From contig CAWCXX010000044.1 of the NCBI GenBank assembly GCA_963799445.1, positions 11,989-75,988 of the forward strand: DNA of 64,000 bases, read 5' to 3'. This stretch comes from an uncultured Acidobacteriaceae bacterium (GTDB lineage: Bacteria > Acidobacteriota > Terriglobia > Terriglobales > Acidobacteriaceae). Each line of letters opens with the position of its first letter. The first letter of the stretch is position 1. Positions 33,568-47,541 of the stretch are shown here, piece by piece. The translations under genes were made by a program, and so were the position numbers. A model generated the notes under the pieces. It was not told the DNA's origin and did no database searches. It worked only from the letters and a program-made list of their open reading frames with translations.

Positions 33568-33585
33568 TTGTAGTCTAGGAACGCG

Positions 33586-35036
33586 ATGACCTCCGCCGTA
33601 TCCAGTTCGCCGGCCACTGAATCGCCCATGCCGGACCTCGCCGCGATCTCCGCGGAAAAGCGGCGCGTGGCCTGGCTCTCCATGACGGCTGCGGCGGTGA
33701 TGACACTGCTCAAACTCGCCGCCGGGCTGCTCTCGGGGTCGCTGGGCGTGCTTTCCGACTCGGCGCACTCGGGCGTGGATCTGGCCGGCTCCGCGTTGAC
33801 CTATCTTCTCCGTGAATGTGAGCGACAAGCCGGCGGACGAAGATCACACCTACGGCCACGGCAAGATCGAGAATCTTTCGGCCTTTGGCGAGACATGCTT
33901 GATGGCCATTTCCTGCGCGTGGATCATCTTCGAAGCGATCCAGCGCATCTTCTACCGCTCGGTGGATTTGCACCCCTCCGTGTGGCCGGTGCTGGTGCTC
34001 GCGACCTCCATCGCCGTGGATTTCTGGCGGTCGCGAAAACTGCGCGCTGTGGCTCGCCGCACCGGATCGCCGGCGCTCGCCACTGACGCCTTCCACTTCG
34101 CCTCTGACATCTGGGCCACATCGGCAGTGCTGGCCGGTCTCGGCGCCACCTGGCTGGGAGTGCGCTTCGGGATTGCCGCACTCCAGTACGCTGACCCGTG
34201 CGCCGCGGTGGTGGTTTCGCTCCTGATTCTGCGCATGGCGATCCGGCTCGGTCATGAAGCCGTGGGCGCGCTCATGGACGAGATTCCCGCCGAAACCCGC
34301 CGCCGCCTGGTACGCGAAGTGGAGCGCGTGGAGGGCGTGCTGGCCGTGGAGCGGGTGCGGGTGCGGCGCGCCGGAGCCGGCTACTTTGCCGACCTCACGC
34401 TGGCCCTGCCGCGTCGATTCACCTTCGAACACACCGGCAAGCTGGTGCAGGCCGCCACTGAGGCAGTGCATCGCGCCCTGCCCAGGACCGATGTGGTCAT
34501 CCACACCGTCCCCCGCGAAACCAGGACCGAAAGCATCTTCGACCGCGTGCGCGCCGTGGCCGCGCGCAACAACGTGTCAGTGCATGAGCTGAGCGTGCAA
34601 ACGCACGATGGACGGTTGCGCGTGGAGCAGCACCTGGAGCTGGACGAAAACCTGCCCCTCAGCGAGGCGCACGTCTTTGTCACCGCTATGGAAGCGGAGA
34701 TTCTGCGCAACGTTCCCGAAATCGACTCGGTGCTCACGCATATCGAGAGCGAGCCTGCCACCATCGAGCAGCCAGGAGAGCGGGTAGAGACCGATCGCCG
34801 CATCGAACAGGCGATGCATGCGGCGGCGATGCCGATCGCCGAGATTGTGGATGTGCATGAGATTCTGGTGAACCGCTCGGCAGATCACATATTTGTTTCC
34901 TGCCATTGCACCTTGCCCGACGAGTCTGCCCATGCACCGCGTCCATGAGGTAATCACCGCTCTCGAAGACCGCTTCAAGCTGGAGTGCCCTGAGGTCTAT
35001 CGCGTCACCATCCATCCCGAGCCGGTGACCGGATAA
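33586..35036 (+). CDS. Cation diffusion facilitator (FieF-like) with extended C-terminal domains; frameshifts ~33805 and ~34925
   Basis: SDSAHSGVD, PADEDHTYGHGKIE, DAFHFASD, repeated VIHTVP/LTHIE/VTIHPEP motifs. Confidence 0.88.
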
Positions 35037-35082
35037 TACTCGATAGCGCGCGACTTTTATTGGCCGAGCGTCCAACGCAATC

Positions 35083-35855
35083 ATGAACACCCGCCCCATC
35101 GCCGCCTTCTTCCGCGTGGCCTCGCTGCTGATGCTTCTGGTGGCCGTCGCGCTGATGGCTGCCATCGTCACCATGCACTTTGCTATTCACGGAGCTGAGG
35201 TGCAGGTGCCCGCGCTGAAAGAATATGACCGTAGCCGATGCCCGCAGCGAGACCGCAGGCCTGGGATTGAATCTGGATGTCGATAACCGCTACTATTCGG
35301 GCGACGTGGCCGCGGGACACATCCTGTCGCAGTCGCCCGCCGCGGGAACGGTGGTACGCAAGGAGTGGCGCGTACGCGTAGCCGAAAGCTTGGGACCGCA
35401 AAGCGTTGACGTTCCCGACACCGTAGGCTCCGATGAGCGTGTGGCCTCACTGGAGTTGCGGCGCGCCGGCCTGGAGGTTGGCGAGATCGCGCGCCTGCCC
35501 TACGCGGCAGCCGCCGAGGGAACGGTGCTGGCGCAGGATCCGCCCGCGCATGCGTTGGGCATAGAGCAGCCCAGCGTCAATCTGCTCGTGGCCGCGCCAA
35601 GCGATGAAGAGCCAGACGGCTATGCCATGCCCGACCTGACCGGATTGCCGCTGGCGAGCGCGCGGGCAGCGCTGGCCAAAGTGGGCATCGATTCGGTGCT
35701 GCCCAACTTTGTGGACGTGCCGATTGCGCCGGTCGGCAGCGGCAATGCGCCGCCCAGAGCAGCCGATAAAGCCGGGCGCGGTCGTGGCGCAATCGCCCGC
35801 CGCAGGCTCGCGCGTGGATCAGAGCACGCTGGTCAAGCTGACCGTAGCAAGGTAG
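35083..35855 (+). CDS. PASTA-domain protein (frameshifts ~35220, ~35755)
   Basis: N-terminal TM then VPAL..MTVADA, ILSQSPAAG, VPDTVG, VLAQDP, MPDLTG repeats. Confidence 0.8.
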
Positions 35856-35910
35856 AAAGACAGAGACCGAAAATCATCGATCGCAGTCACAACCGCGATT
35901 GCGGCGCCTA

Positions 35911-36061
35911 CACCGGATTAGGAATTTGTGTAGGGTGGGTTGACGCTCTCAAGTGCCGTTTTCATTCCGGGGTCCCCAGGAAGCGAACTTTGCTTGCTGG
36001 GGTGGAAGTAAACGGCACCCTGCACAGAATCAAATTCCTTACGTGAATTCCTAATCCGGTA
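35911..36061. mobile_element. MITE/ERIC-like element (copy 5) carrying a nested REP-like unit
   Basis: TA|caccggattaggaatt ... aattcctaatccggta; TGTA at +19; central palindrome loop replaced by ccggggtccccaggaagcgaactttgcttgctggggtgg, the reverse complement of the 53572 repeat unit. Confidence 0.8.
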
Positions 36062-36072
36062 TGGCGTATGCA

Positions 36073-37464
36073 TCATGCCGTCTTTTCGATCAGCGCGACA
36101 AAAAAACCGTCGCTCGGAAAAACGCCTGGTAACAAGCACAATGCGCCCTCCGGTGTCAGGCACTTGTGCAACCGCTCCGCGCCGTCGCCCGTCAGAATGC
36201 CTCTGCGTTGTAGAGCCTCAATACAGGATGCGAACGAAACCTGCCGTGCATTGCCGTTCTCCGCAAGCACGGCGGCGACCACCTGCTCGTTTTCCTCGGG
36301 CTCCAGCGAACAGGTCGAATAAACCACGCGCCCGCCGCTCTGCACCGCGCGCAATGCCGCGCCCAGGATCGCACGCTGCCGCTCGGCCTGCCGGGGCAGG
36401 TCTTCCAGCCGCAGCCGGTGCCGAATCTCGGGATTGCGGCCCAGCGTTCCCGTGCCGCTGCACGGCACGTCCGCCAGCACCAGATCGAAGGCCGACTTCT
36501 TCTTGCAAGCACCGCAGCGTCGGCGAGGCGGCATTCCACGCGGCCGGCATACGCGGCCAGGCGCTTGCGCAACGCGGCGAGCCGCTGTGGGCTGGACTCG
36601 CAGGCCACAATCCGCGCCTCGGGGTTGCGCTCGGCGAGGATGAGCGTCTTGCCTCCGGGCGCCGCGCACGCATCGAGGATGCTTTTCGCCTTTCGATCGC
36701 GATTCTTCGCGGCGCACGCGGCCAACTCCGCGATCAGTTGCGAGCCTTCGTCCTGCATGCGCGCGCGGCCCTCGCGAACGGCCGCCGTCGCTGCCACATC
36801 GCCTGAAACCACAGTGCGCGCAGCGGCGAGCAAGCGCGCCGGGTTCGAGTTGAATGCCGGCCTGAGTCAGCTCGGCCTCAACGGCGGGGCCCTCCACGCG
36901 CAGGGTCAGCCGAGGTTGCGTCTGGCCGTGCCGGCAAATCGCGCGCGCGGCGTCCAGGCCGTAAAATTCCGCCCAGCGCTCGACCATCCACGCTGGATGC
37001 GCCTGCGCCATCGCCAATTCAGCAGGGACTCCTCCGAAAAGTCAAAGCGCGGAGCGCCGCCGCGAGTCCAACTTTCGAAGCACCGCGTTCACCATGCCGG
37101 CAGCAAAGCGATGGCCGGATTGTTTTGCCAGCTCCACGCTCTCATCGATCGCGGCGTGGGCGGGAATGCGATCGAGAAAGAGAAGCTGAAACGCGCCGAG
37201 ACGCAGCGCGATCCGAACCTCCCGATCGAGCTTTCCTCCCGGTCGCTTGAGAAAGCCTTTCAATTGCTCGTCCAGCCGAATCTGCCAGCGCAGAACGCCA
37301 AGCACCAAGGCCGTGGCAAGATTGCGATCCGAGGGCGCGAGTGCGCTGACTTCCTTTCCGCGCAGCAGATCGTCGGAATGGGAATGGGCCTTTCCCCGCT
37401 CAACGGCCAGGAGAATGCCGAAGGCTGCTTTGCGCGCGGGCGAGATCGCAGGCACGGCGCTCAA
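36073..37464 (-). CDS. rsmB: 16S rRNA m5C967 methyltransferase RsmB/Sun (several frameshifts)
   Basis: NusB-like N-terminus, QDEGSQL, DACAAPGGKT, DVPCSGTG, YSTCS. Confidence 0.9.
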
Positions 37465-38429
37465 CCCAGCCGCGCATCCGCCGCCAGCGGATTTCCGCGC
37501 AGAAACTCGGCGGCCTCGAGCCGCTTCTTGCCTTCGAGCTGCACCTCAAGGAATTCGAGCCAGGTATTTTCGGCGCAGGCAGCCAGCAGGCGGCCGTCTT
37601 CCACCAGAATCCAGCCCGGCTCAGCGAAGCCCAACCGCGCTGCATAGCTCTCGTGAGCGATCGCCATGCGATGCACAATCAGTTTCTTCCCGTTGAGAGC
37701 GGTAAACGCGCCGGGCCAGGGTTGAAAGCCGCGCCAGCGGTTGTAAAGTTCCGTTGCGGTGCGCGCGGCAAAATCCATCCGGCCGTCCTCGCGGTCGAGC
37801 AGCGGGGCGAACGTTGCGCCCTCGTGATTTTGCGGCTGCGGCTGAATCGTTCCGTTCACAAGGCCCTCCAGACTTTTCACAACCAGCGGCGCGCCCAGCG
37901 CTGGCCATCATCGGGAAAAGCTCCGCGGCGGTCTGCTCGGGCCCAATCTCGATGGTCTGCTGCAGAAGAATCGGCCCGGTATCGAGGCCCTCTTCCAGCA
38001 GCATGGTCGTGTTGCCGGTGTACGCATCGCCCATGGCAACCGCCCATTGGATGGGCGCCGCGCCGCGATATCTGGGCAGCAGGGAAGCGTGCAAGATTGA
38101 TGCAGCCAAGCCGGGGCAGCGCCAGCATCCACGGCGGAATGATGCGGCCATAAGCCACCACAACAATGGCGTCTGGCGCGATGGCCTCAAGCTGCGAGCG
38201 GAATTCGGCATTGCTGCGGATCTTTTCGGGCTGCGTAACGGCCAGCCCGGCGGCCAGTGCGGCTTGTTTCACGGGCGGAGCGGTGAGCTGCTGATCACGG
38301 CCCGCTGGGCCGATCGGGCTGCGAAACCACCAGAGCGACTTCGTGTCCTGCGTTGAGCAGCGCTTCAAGCGTGGGCACAGCAAACTGCGGCGTCCCGCAA
38401 AAGATCAGCTTGAGCGTGCTTTGCCGCAT
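37461..38429 (-). CDS. fmt: Methionyl-tRNA formyltransferase (frameshifts)
   Basis: [50 protein letters not shown]. Confidence 0.93.
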
Positions 38430-38443
38430 TCGTCATACCAGCC

Positions 38444-38956
38444 TTACCAGGTGCCCTCGCTCTGCATCTTGCGAATCTTGCGCAGATTCAGGTTGCGCTT
38501 CAGCGCGCTCATGCGAAAGATGAACAGAACTCCGTCGAGGTGGTCGATCTCATGCTGGAAACAGCGCGAAAGCAGTTCTTCGCCGTCCATCTCGAACCAT
38601 TTGCCGTGTTCATCCTGGGCGCGGATGCGGACCTTGGCCGCGCGCACCACCTTCTCGCGGATATCGGGAAAGCTCAGGCAGCCCTCCTCCTCGTATTGCT
38701 TGCCCTCGCTCGAGATGATTTCGGGGTTGATCGAGCACGAGCTTCTGCGCGGGGTCTTTGCCCATGGCTCAGGTCGATGACAGTGACGCGCTTTGATACG
38801 CCCACCTGCGGCGCGGCCAGCCCGATGCCCTGCGAGGCGTACGTGGTCTCGAACATGTCGGCCACCAGCTTGCGCAACTCGCTCGTCGAACTCAGTCACC
38901 GGTTCGCCGGGCTGCTGAAGCACCGGCTCAGGATATTTCACAATCTTCAGAATCAT
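38444..38956 (-). CDS. def: Peptide deformylase (compensating frameshifts)
   Basis: [10 protein letters not shown] (alternate frame), [14 protein letters not shown]. Confidence 0.95.
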   Translation of the reverse strand: MILKIVKYPEPVLQQPGEPVTEFDERVAQAGGRHVRDHVRLAGHRAGRAAGGRIKARHCHRPEPWAKTPRRSSCSINPEIISSEGKQYEEEGCLSFPDIREKVVRAAKVRIRAQDEHGKWFEMDGEELLSRCFQHEIDHLDGVLFIFRMSALKRNLNLRKIRKMQSEGTW

Positions 38957-38965
38957 CGTTTGCCG

Positions 38966-40148
38966 CTAATAGCTCCGTATCTGTTCGATGTATCCATCGA
39001 AATTTCGTTTCAATTCCACCAGCGAGTCGCCGCCGAACTTCTCGTGCGCCAGATTGGCAAGCACCAGGGCAACCATGGCTTCCGCGGCCACGCCCGCGGC
39101 GGGTACCACGCAAATATCGCTGCGCTCATAACTTGCGCTGGTGGGCTCGCGGGTATCGAATCGCACCGATTCAAGCGGCTGGCGCAGTGTGGAAATCGGC
39201 TTCAGGTATCCGCGAACCACAATGTCCTCGCCGTTCGAGACGCCGCCCTCGATGCCGCCGGCGTTGTTGTGCGGGCGCGTGAAGCGCGTCGGCCTGCCCG
39301 GCGGCATTCTCGGCTGCATAATGAATGGGATCGTGAACGCGCGAGCCGAACGACGCCGCAGCCGCCACGCCCCGGCCAATCTCGACCGCTTTCACGGCCT
39401 GCAGGCTCATCACGGCCCAGGCAAGCAGGCCGTCGAGGCGCTCGTCCCAATTCGCGTAGGCGCCAAGGCCGGCGGGAACGCCGTGCGCCACCACTTCAAA
39501 CACGCCGTTCACGGTGTCGTCTGCGCGTGTCGCCGCTTCCACTTCCTCTTTCATGCGTGCTTCGGTGGCCGCATCCACGCAGGCGAGCAACACTTCCTCT
39601 TTCGCTGCGAGCGCGGCAATCTCCTCCCACGCCGCATCCCGTTCAAGCTCGACGCGGCCCACGCGGATCACGTGGCTGGCGACCTCGATGCCCAGATTGC
39701 GCAGAAGCAGCTTGGCAAAGGCTCCGGCGGCAACGCGGGCGGCGGACTCGCGCGCCGAAGCGCGCTCCAGCACGTAGCGGGCATCGGGGAAGTTGTATTT
39801 CAGCGCGCCGGCCAGGTCGGCATGTCCGGGCCGCGGCGATGCCACTGCGCGATGCTTGGCGGGATCGCCGGCCTCCACCGGCAGCTTCTCCTGCCAGTTC
39901 TTCCAATCCCGATTGATCAGCTCAATGGCGATCGGCGAGCCGATGGTCTTGCCGTGGCGTACGCCGCTGAGCACGTGCGCCTGGTCGGTTTCGATCTTCA
40001 TGCGCCCGCCGCGCCCATAACCCTGCTGGCGCCGCCACAGCTCGCGGTTCACAAAGTCCAGATCGACAGGGATGCCGGCGGGAAGCCCGGAAACAAGCGC
40101 AATCAAGGCCTCGCCGTGGGATTCTCCGGCTGTCGAGAAGCGGATCAT
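38966..40148 (-). CDS. aroC: Chorismate synthase (frameshift near 39300)
   Basis: TAGESHG, RRQQGYGRGGR, PRPGHAD, ERASARE, NNAGGIEGGVSNG, ERSD. Confidence 0.96.
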
Positions 40149-40216
40149 ATAGATTCGATTGTAAATGCGGGCACTGCGGAACAAATGGCCGAAGGGTGGG
40201 ATTGAATTTCGGGTTT

Positions 40217-41025
40217 CTACCTTACCGGGTCAAGAAGGCGGCAAGCCCGCAACCACCGCTTGAGGAAATCTTTCAATTCACCCGGAGGCCGCAGCCAGAC
40301 GTCCGCGTCGGTCGCGCGGCATTTGCGCCTGGCCAGCACGCCCAGCCCGCGCCCCTTGATGGCGCGAAAGGCCGCCTCGTCGGTCAGGTCGTCGCCCAAA
40401 TACGCGATCGGACTCGGGCCCTCGCTGCCTGTCTCGTCAAGAAGCATCCTGACCGCTTCGCCTTTGTCGCGGCCGGCGCGCAATTCCAGGCCGGCTTCGA
40501 ATTCGAGCACAGTCAAGCCGTCCATTTGCGCCAGCGGCTCAAACAGCGCACGCGTTCGTTTCTCGATGGCCTTGGCTTTTCCGGGCGCCACGCCGCGCCA
40601 GTGCATCGCGACCGCATTCGGCTTTTCTTCAATCAGCCCGCCGAAGTGGTCGCCCTGAAGCTTCGCGCACAGCGCATCGAGTTTGGCGTGAGTCTCCGGC
40701 GGAACAATCTCCAGTTCGCGCCGGCCGTCGGCGTGCAACCGCTCGGCCCCATGCAAGCCCCAGACCTCAGGTGCGGGATCCACGCCGAGCAGCGGCGCAA
40801 TCTCCGCGGCCGGGCGGCCGGTGACAACGACCATGCGCGTTCCGCCCCTGGTTTTGGATGCGCGTCAGCAGCTTCCGCACCCCGGCCCACGGACGCGCTT
40901 TGAAGCGGTCGACCCGGAACGGCGCCAGCGTTCCGTCGTAGTCCAGCAGCAAGACAGGCCTCGCCGCTGCCCGTGAATGCGCGAAAGAAATCGTCCAGCT
41001 TCTCTTGGCTGCTGTCGCCAATCAA
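40217..41025 (-). CDS. otsB: Trehalose-6-phosphate phosphatase (frameshifts)
   Basis: LLLDYDGTLAPF (HAD motif I), VVTGR, GLHGAE, DKG, YLGDDLTDE. Confidence 0.9.
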
Positions 41026-41034
41026 AGCCCACCT

Positions 41035-43379
<2,345 letters not shown>

Positions 43380-43573
43380 CGTTGCCTCCTGTATGAAGTT
43401 AGATGCGATCCCCGGCAGAATGAGATTGATTCAAGCGCTTATTAGGTTGTGCTGACGCTGATTTATTGAGGAAAGAGCCGTTTGCATCGCTTCAACCGCC
43501 ATTACTAGCGCCCCCTATGCGCTATCCTGTCCTCGGAAGCGGCGCAAAGTCTCCGTCTCATAGGCCGGCAAAT

Positions 43574-44353
43574 ATGGCGATAAATGCGATCGACCGTACC
43601 GCCAAACAGATCGTGCTCACCGTCCAGGAATATTCCCTGTTCGCGGGGCGCGCTTTACTCAATCTTTTCCGCCCCCCCATCTACTGGACCGATTTCCTCG
43701 TGCAGTCCGACATCATCGGTTGGGGTTCTCTTCCTATCGTGATCCTCACAGGCTTTTTCACCGGCGGCGTGCTCGCCCTCCAGTCCGCTGCCACCCTCTC
43801 GGCCTTCGGCGCCACGGTCGTCACCGGTCGATTCGTCTCCCTCACTATGATCCGCGAACTCGGCGCTGTGCTCACTGGCATCATGGTTTCCGGACGCAAC
43901 GCATCCTCTATAGCCAGCGAGCTCGGCTCTATGGTCGTCACCGAGCAGATCGACGCCATGCGCGCTCTGGGCGTCGACCCCATGCGCAAGCTCGTCACGC
44001 CGCGCATCTTTGCCAGCATCGCCATGCTCTTTTTCCTCACCATCGTGGCCAATGCCTGCGGCATTGTCGGCGGCGCTGCCGTCACCGTCTTCCTCAACCA
44101 TCAGAACGGTACTCAGTACTTCCACATGGCCTACGAAGGCCTCCGCTACCCCGACATTATTCAGGGGCTCGTCAAACCGCTCTTCTTTGGTTACATCCTC
44201 GGCTCCATCGGCTGCTTCTACGGCATGAGAACCACGGGTGGCACCGAAGGCGTCGGCCGCTCCACCATTCAGGCCGTGGTCAACTCCTCGGTGCTCATCA
44301 TCTTCGTCGACTTCCTCATCACCCACGTGCTGCTCTCGATCTTTCCAACATGA
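43574..44353 (+). CDS. mlaE: MlaE-family ABC permease
   Basis: IRELGAVLT..SGR..SELGSM.VTEQIDAMRALGVDP..LVTPR, GVGRST. Confidence 0.92.
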   Translation: MAINAIDRTAKQIVLTVQEYSLFAGRALLNLFRPPIYWTDFLVQSDIIGWGSLPIVILTGFFTGGVLALQSAATLSAFGATVVTGRFVSLTMIRELGAVLTGIMVSGRNASSIASELGSMVVTEQIDAMRALGVDPMRKLVTPRIFASIAMLFFLTIVANACGIVGGAAVTVFLNHQNGTQYFHMAYEGLRYPDIIQGLVKPLFFGYILGSIGCFYGMRTTGGTEGVGRSTIQAVVNSSVLIIFVDFLITHVLLSIFPT

Positions 44354-45189
44354 TTCACGCCGCCGCTCCCGCGCCTCAATCTCCGGCTCCAGCGCCGGAT
44401 GCGAACCCTGTCGTCGCCTTGCGCGGCGTCTCGGTCGCGTTCGACGGTCCGCCGGTGCTCCAGGACATTACGTTCTCCGTTGCGCCCGCGGAGACGCGCA
44501 TCCTGCTTGGGCCTGCCGGCGTGGGCAAAAGCGTGCTGCTCAAGTTGATCATCGGGCTGCTTCGCCCCCAGCAGGGCAGCATCGTGCTCTTCGGCGAGGA
44601 CATCTCCCGCATGCCCGAGCAGAAGCTTTTTCCCTTGCGCTCCCGAGCCGGAATTGTCTTCCAGGAAAGCGCGCTCTTCGATTCCCTCACCGTACGCGAC
44701 AATGTCGCCTACCAGTTAATTCAGGAGCGCGTCCCCGACGAGGAGATCGACAGCCGCGTTCGCGAGGCGCTCAGCTTCGTCGGCCTGGAAGAAACCTTCC
44801 ACCTTTATCCTCCCAGTCTTTCCGGCGGCATGAGGCGGCGCGTGGCCATCGCCCGCGCCTTCATCCACGAACCGGAACTGATCCTCTACGACTCGCCCAC
44901 CGGCGGCCTCGATCCCGTCACCTCCACCACCATCATCGAGCTCATCGTCAAGCAGCGCGATGTTCACCGAACCCCCTCCCTGCTCGTCACCCATCGTCTG
45001 CAGGACGCCTTCACCCTCTGCAATCACCGCTACGATCCCGAAGAGGGTCGCATGGTCCCGCTTCCCGCCGGCCACACCAACCCCAATACCACCTTCCTCA
45101 TGCTCGAAGAAGGCCGCCTTATCTTCGATGGCTCCCTCAACGACATTCTCCAGAGCCAGAACAGCTTTGTTCGTGAGTTTCTTGAGTAG
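44350..45189 (+). CDS. mlaF: MlaF-like ABC ATP-binding protein
   Basis: GPAGVGKS, FQESALFDS, LSGGMRRRVAIARA, YDSPTGGLDP; ATGA overlap with mlaE. Confidence 0.9.
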   Translation: MIHAAAPAPQSPAPAPDANPVVALRGVSVAFDGPPVLQDITFSVAPAETRILLGPAGVGKSVLLKLIIGLLRPQQGSIVLFGEDISRMPEQKLFPLRSRAGIVFQESALFDSLTVRDNVAYQLIQERVPDEEIDSRVREALSFVGLEETFHLYPPSLSGGMRRRVAIARAFIHEPELILYDSPTGGLDPVTSTTIIELIVKQRDVHRTPSLLVTHRLQDAFTLCNHRYDPEEGRMVPLPAGHTNPNTTFLMLEEGRLIFDGSLNDILQSQNSFVREFLE

Positions 45190-45470
45190 GGTGCGGGATC
45201 GGCAAAAGAGAAAAATCTGCCATCACCCCATAGAGGAACCCGCCTCACCGGTCTGGCGTTCAATGTGATCGAGTGCTGAGAGCCGCGGCGAAGAACGCTG
45301 CGCATCGCGCTCTTCAGTCCAATCCCATTGCCTCGCGCATTCATCGAATGCGATCCGAATGTTCGCGAAATTTGTCTCGCGCTTCGAACTTCGACTGAAA
45401 ATTCCTCTTGAACCTCGGCTTGCCGTCGAATACCTGTTGATCTTTTTTTCACTCTTACGTCGTTTTTTTC

Positions 45471-45500
45471 TTGACATCGATGATTCATGAATCTATACAT
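45471..45500 (+). promoter_or_regulatory. Sigma70-like promoter with palindromic site, upstream of the Lys/Ala microprotein
   Basis: T-tracts (UP-like), TTGACA 45471-45476, perfect GATTCATGAATC 45482-45493, TATACA(T) at 45494. Confidence 0.6.
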
Positions 45501-45563
45501 TCATCAACTGCAATTTCTTAATTGCAGACTCGATGCAACCCATCGAAAAGGGAGAATAGGCAA

Positions 45564-45647
45564 ATGGCAACCAAGAAAGCAGCCAAGAAGGCACCCGCGA
45601 AGAAGGCGGCCAAGAAGGCCGTAAAGAAGACCGCGAAGAAAAAGTAG
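45564..45647 (+). CDS. 27-aa histone-H1-like Lys/Ala-rich microprotein MATKKAAKKAPAKKAAKKAVKKTAKKK
   Basis: Read by hand; GGGAGA RBS, ATG...TAG, promoter upstream and hairpin downstream; below the ORF-track cutoff. Confidence 0.75.
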   Translation: MATKKAAKKAPAKKAAKKAVKKTAKKK

Positions 45648-45675
45648 CGGATCGAACAACCCAAAAGGCAACACT

Positions 45676-45706
45676 CTAGGGGAACGCTCAAAAGCGTTCC
45701 CCTTAG
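45676..45706 (+). terminator. Hairpin after the microprotein gene
   Basis: ctaggggaacgct-caaa-agcgttccccttag. Confidence 0.6.
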
Positions 45707-45783
45707 TGTTTATGCGGATAAAACAGCGCATCCTCCGCAAAACGCCGTACACTACCGATGAAGAAAGTGCGAGCAAGAGAACC

Positions 45784-46527
45784 ATGACCCGCCGCCGCTG
45801 GATTGCCGAACATTGGGACGAAGCTACCGCCACCATCGCCGGCGCGCAGGCCGAACACCTGGCGCGCGTCCTTCGCGCCCAGCCGGGCATGGAGGCCGAC
45901 GTCGTGGCCGGCGGTCGCGTTTTTCATGCCGAGGTGGCTGCACTCACCCTCGCCGGAGAAAAAAGCGAGGTTCGCTTCAACCTGGCCGGCGAGCTCGAAG
46001 CCGATCCCGCGCTGCCCGTCACGCTGGTCCTCGCCATCTACAAGTTCGATCGCATGGAGTGGGCAATCGAGAAAGCCACCGAGCTGGGCGTTGCCGCGGT
46101 GGCGCCGGTCGTCGCGCGGCGAACAGAAAAGCATCTGGCCCAGGCTGCGGAGAAGCGCGCCGAGCGCTGGCGCCGCATCGCGCACGAGGCGGCTCAACAG
46201 GCGCGCCGCTCCGACGTGCCCTTGATCCACGATCCCGTTTCATTGGCCGCGCGCGTGCGTGCGGCCTCTGCGTCCACGCGCATCGTGCTCGCAGAGCAGG
46301 AGCGCACCACCACTCTGCGTCACGCGATCGAGGAAGCCATCGAAGCAGCCAACGAGGAAATGCCCGCGCTCGAAATCGCAATCGGCCCTGAAGGCGGATG
46401 GGCTCCCGCGGAAGAAGCCCTCTTCGACGCCAATGGCTGGCGCGCCGCGTCGCTGGGCCCGCGCATCGTGCGCGCTGAAACCGCCGCCATCGCCGCGCTG
46501 GCCGTCGTCGCTTCCTGCCTGGAGTGA
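45784..46527 (+). CDS. rsmE: 16S rRNA m3U1498 methyltransferase RsmE
   Basis: HLARVLR, KFDRMEWAIEKATELGV, EAAQQARR, IGPEGGW, LGPRIVRAETA. Confidence 0.94.
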   Translation: MTRRRWIAEHWDEATATIAGAQAEHLARVLRAQPGMEADVVAGGRVFHAEVAALTLAGEKSEVRFNLAGELEADPALPVTLVLAIYKFDRMEWAIEKATELGVAAVAPVVARRTEKHLAQAAEKRAERWRRIAHEAAQQARRSDVPLIHDPVSLAARVRAASASTRIVLAEQERTTTLRHAIEEAIEAANEEMPALEIAIGPEGGWAPAEEALFDANGWRAASLGPRIVRAETAAIAALAVVASCLE

Positions 46528-46615
46528 TCGTTCTGCTTCAAACCAAATTGAAAATCCACTCACGCTCCGCACTCGCTGTGGAAAAGGCGGGCGAAATTCG
46601 AATCACTCTTCGCCG

Positions 46616-47346
46616 TCACAGATGCGCGTAGTGCAGCAGCAATCCCGCCAGCGCTCCGCCGGCAAGATCGCCAATGATCGGAATCGGAGCATAGCGCCAG
46701 TTCGATCCGCCCTTGCCGGGAATCGGCAGCAGCGCATGAACGATGCGCGGCCCCAGATCGCGCGCCGGGTTGATGGCATATCCGGTGGTCCCGCCGAGCG
46801 AAAGCCCGATGCCCCACACCAGGCTGCCCACCAGCCACGGCCCCAGCCCCGCGGCCGGCCCGTTCATGGCCACGCCGTGCGAAAAGATCGCGCCCGCCAC
46901 GACCACCAGCACCGCCGTCCCCACCATCTCGCTGAAGATGTTCGCCAGCGGGCTGCGCACTGCCGCCTTGGTGCAAAAGATGCCCAGCTTGGCCGCGGGA
47001 TCGGGCGTCAGCCGCCAATGCGGCGCATAGTGCAGCGCCATCAATGCCGCGCCGCACATCGCGCCCAGCAATCTGCGCCGACCAGTAGACCAGCAAGCAG
47101 CGCATAATTCCCGCTGCTCACCGCGGCCGCCAGCGTGATGGCCGGGTTAATGTGGCGCCCGGACTGCCGAACGCCTGCGCCACCATCACGCCGCACAACA
47201 CGCCCAGCGCCCACCCGGTCGTGATCACCATCCAGCCCGCAGTCCGCCGCATACGATTTGCGCAGCGTCACGCCGGCACACACGCCGTCGCCCAGCAGCA
47301 CCAGAACCAGCGTGCCCATGAACTCCCCAAACCACACAGAGTGCAT
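46616..47346 (-). CDS. glpF: MIP-family aquaglyceroporin (frameshifts)
   Basis: GEFMGT, HINPAITL, GGTTGYAINPARDLGPR. Confidence 0.88.
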
Positions 47347-47541
47347 TTATCTGGCCTCTGAATTGCCGGAGCGGCTCGTGAAACAACACAAGTTGCGACC
47401 CGGAATTCAATTTGCGGAACTCCAGCATTCTCCACTGTCTGGCCCGACTTCGCCAAGCGGGAATTCCGTTCTAGAGGCGCGGCCGATATCCTCCGTCCCG
47501 CCAACCTCGCCGCATGGGGATAAAATGACGGCTGGCGAACC

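Noticed and set aside
36073..40148. Pseudogenisation of rsmB, fmt, def and aroC
   Set aside because: Motifs are intact and these functions are normally essential or conserved; sequencing indels are more parsimonious.
45190..45440. Riboswitch or ncRNA in the long intergenic region after mlaF
   Set aside because: No motif I can recognise; an Rfam scan would be needed.
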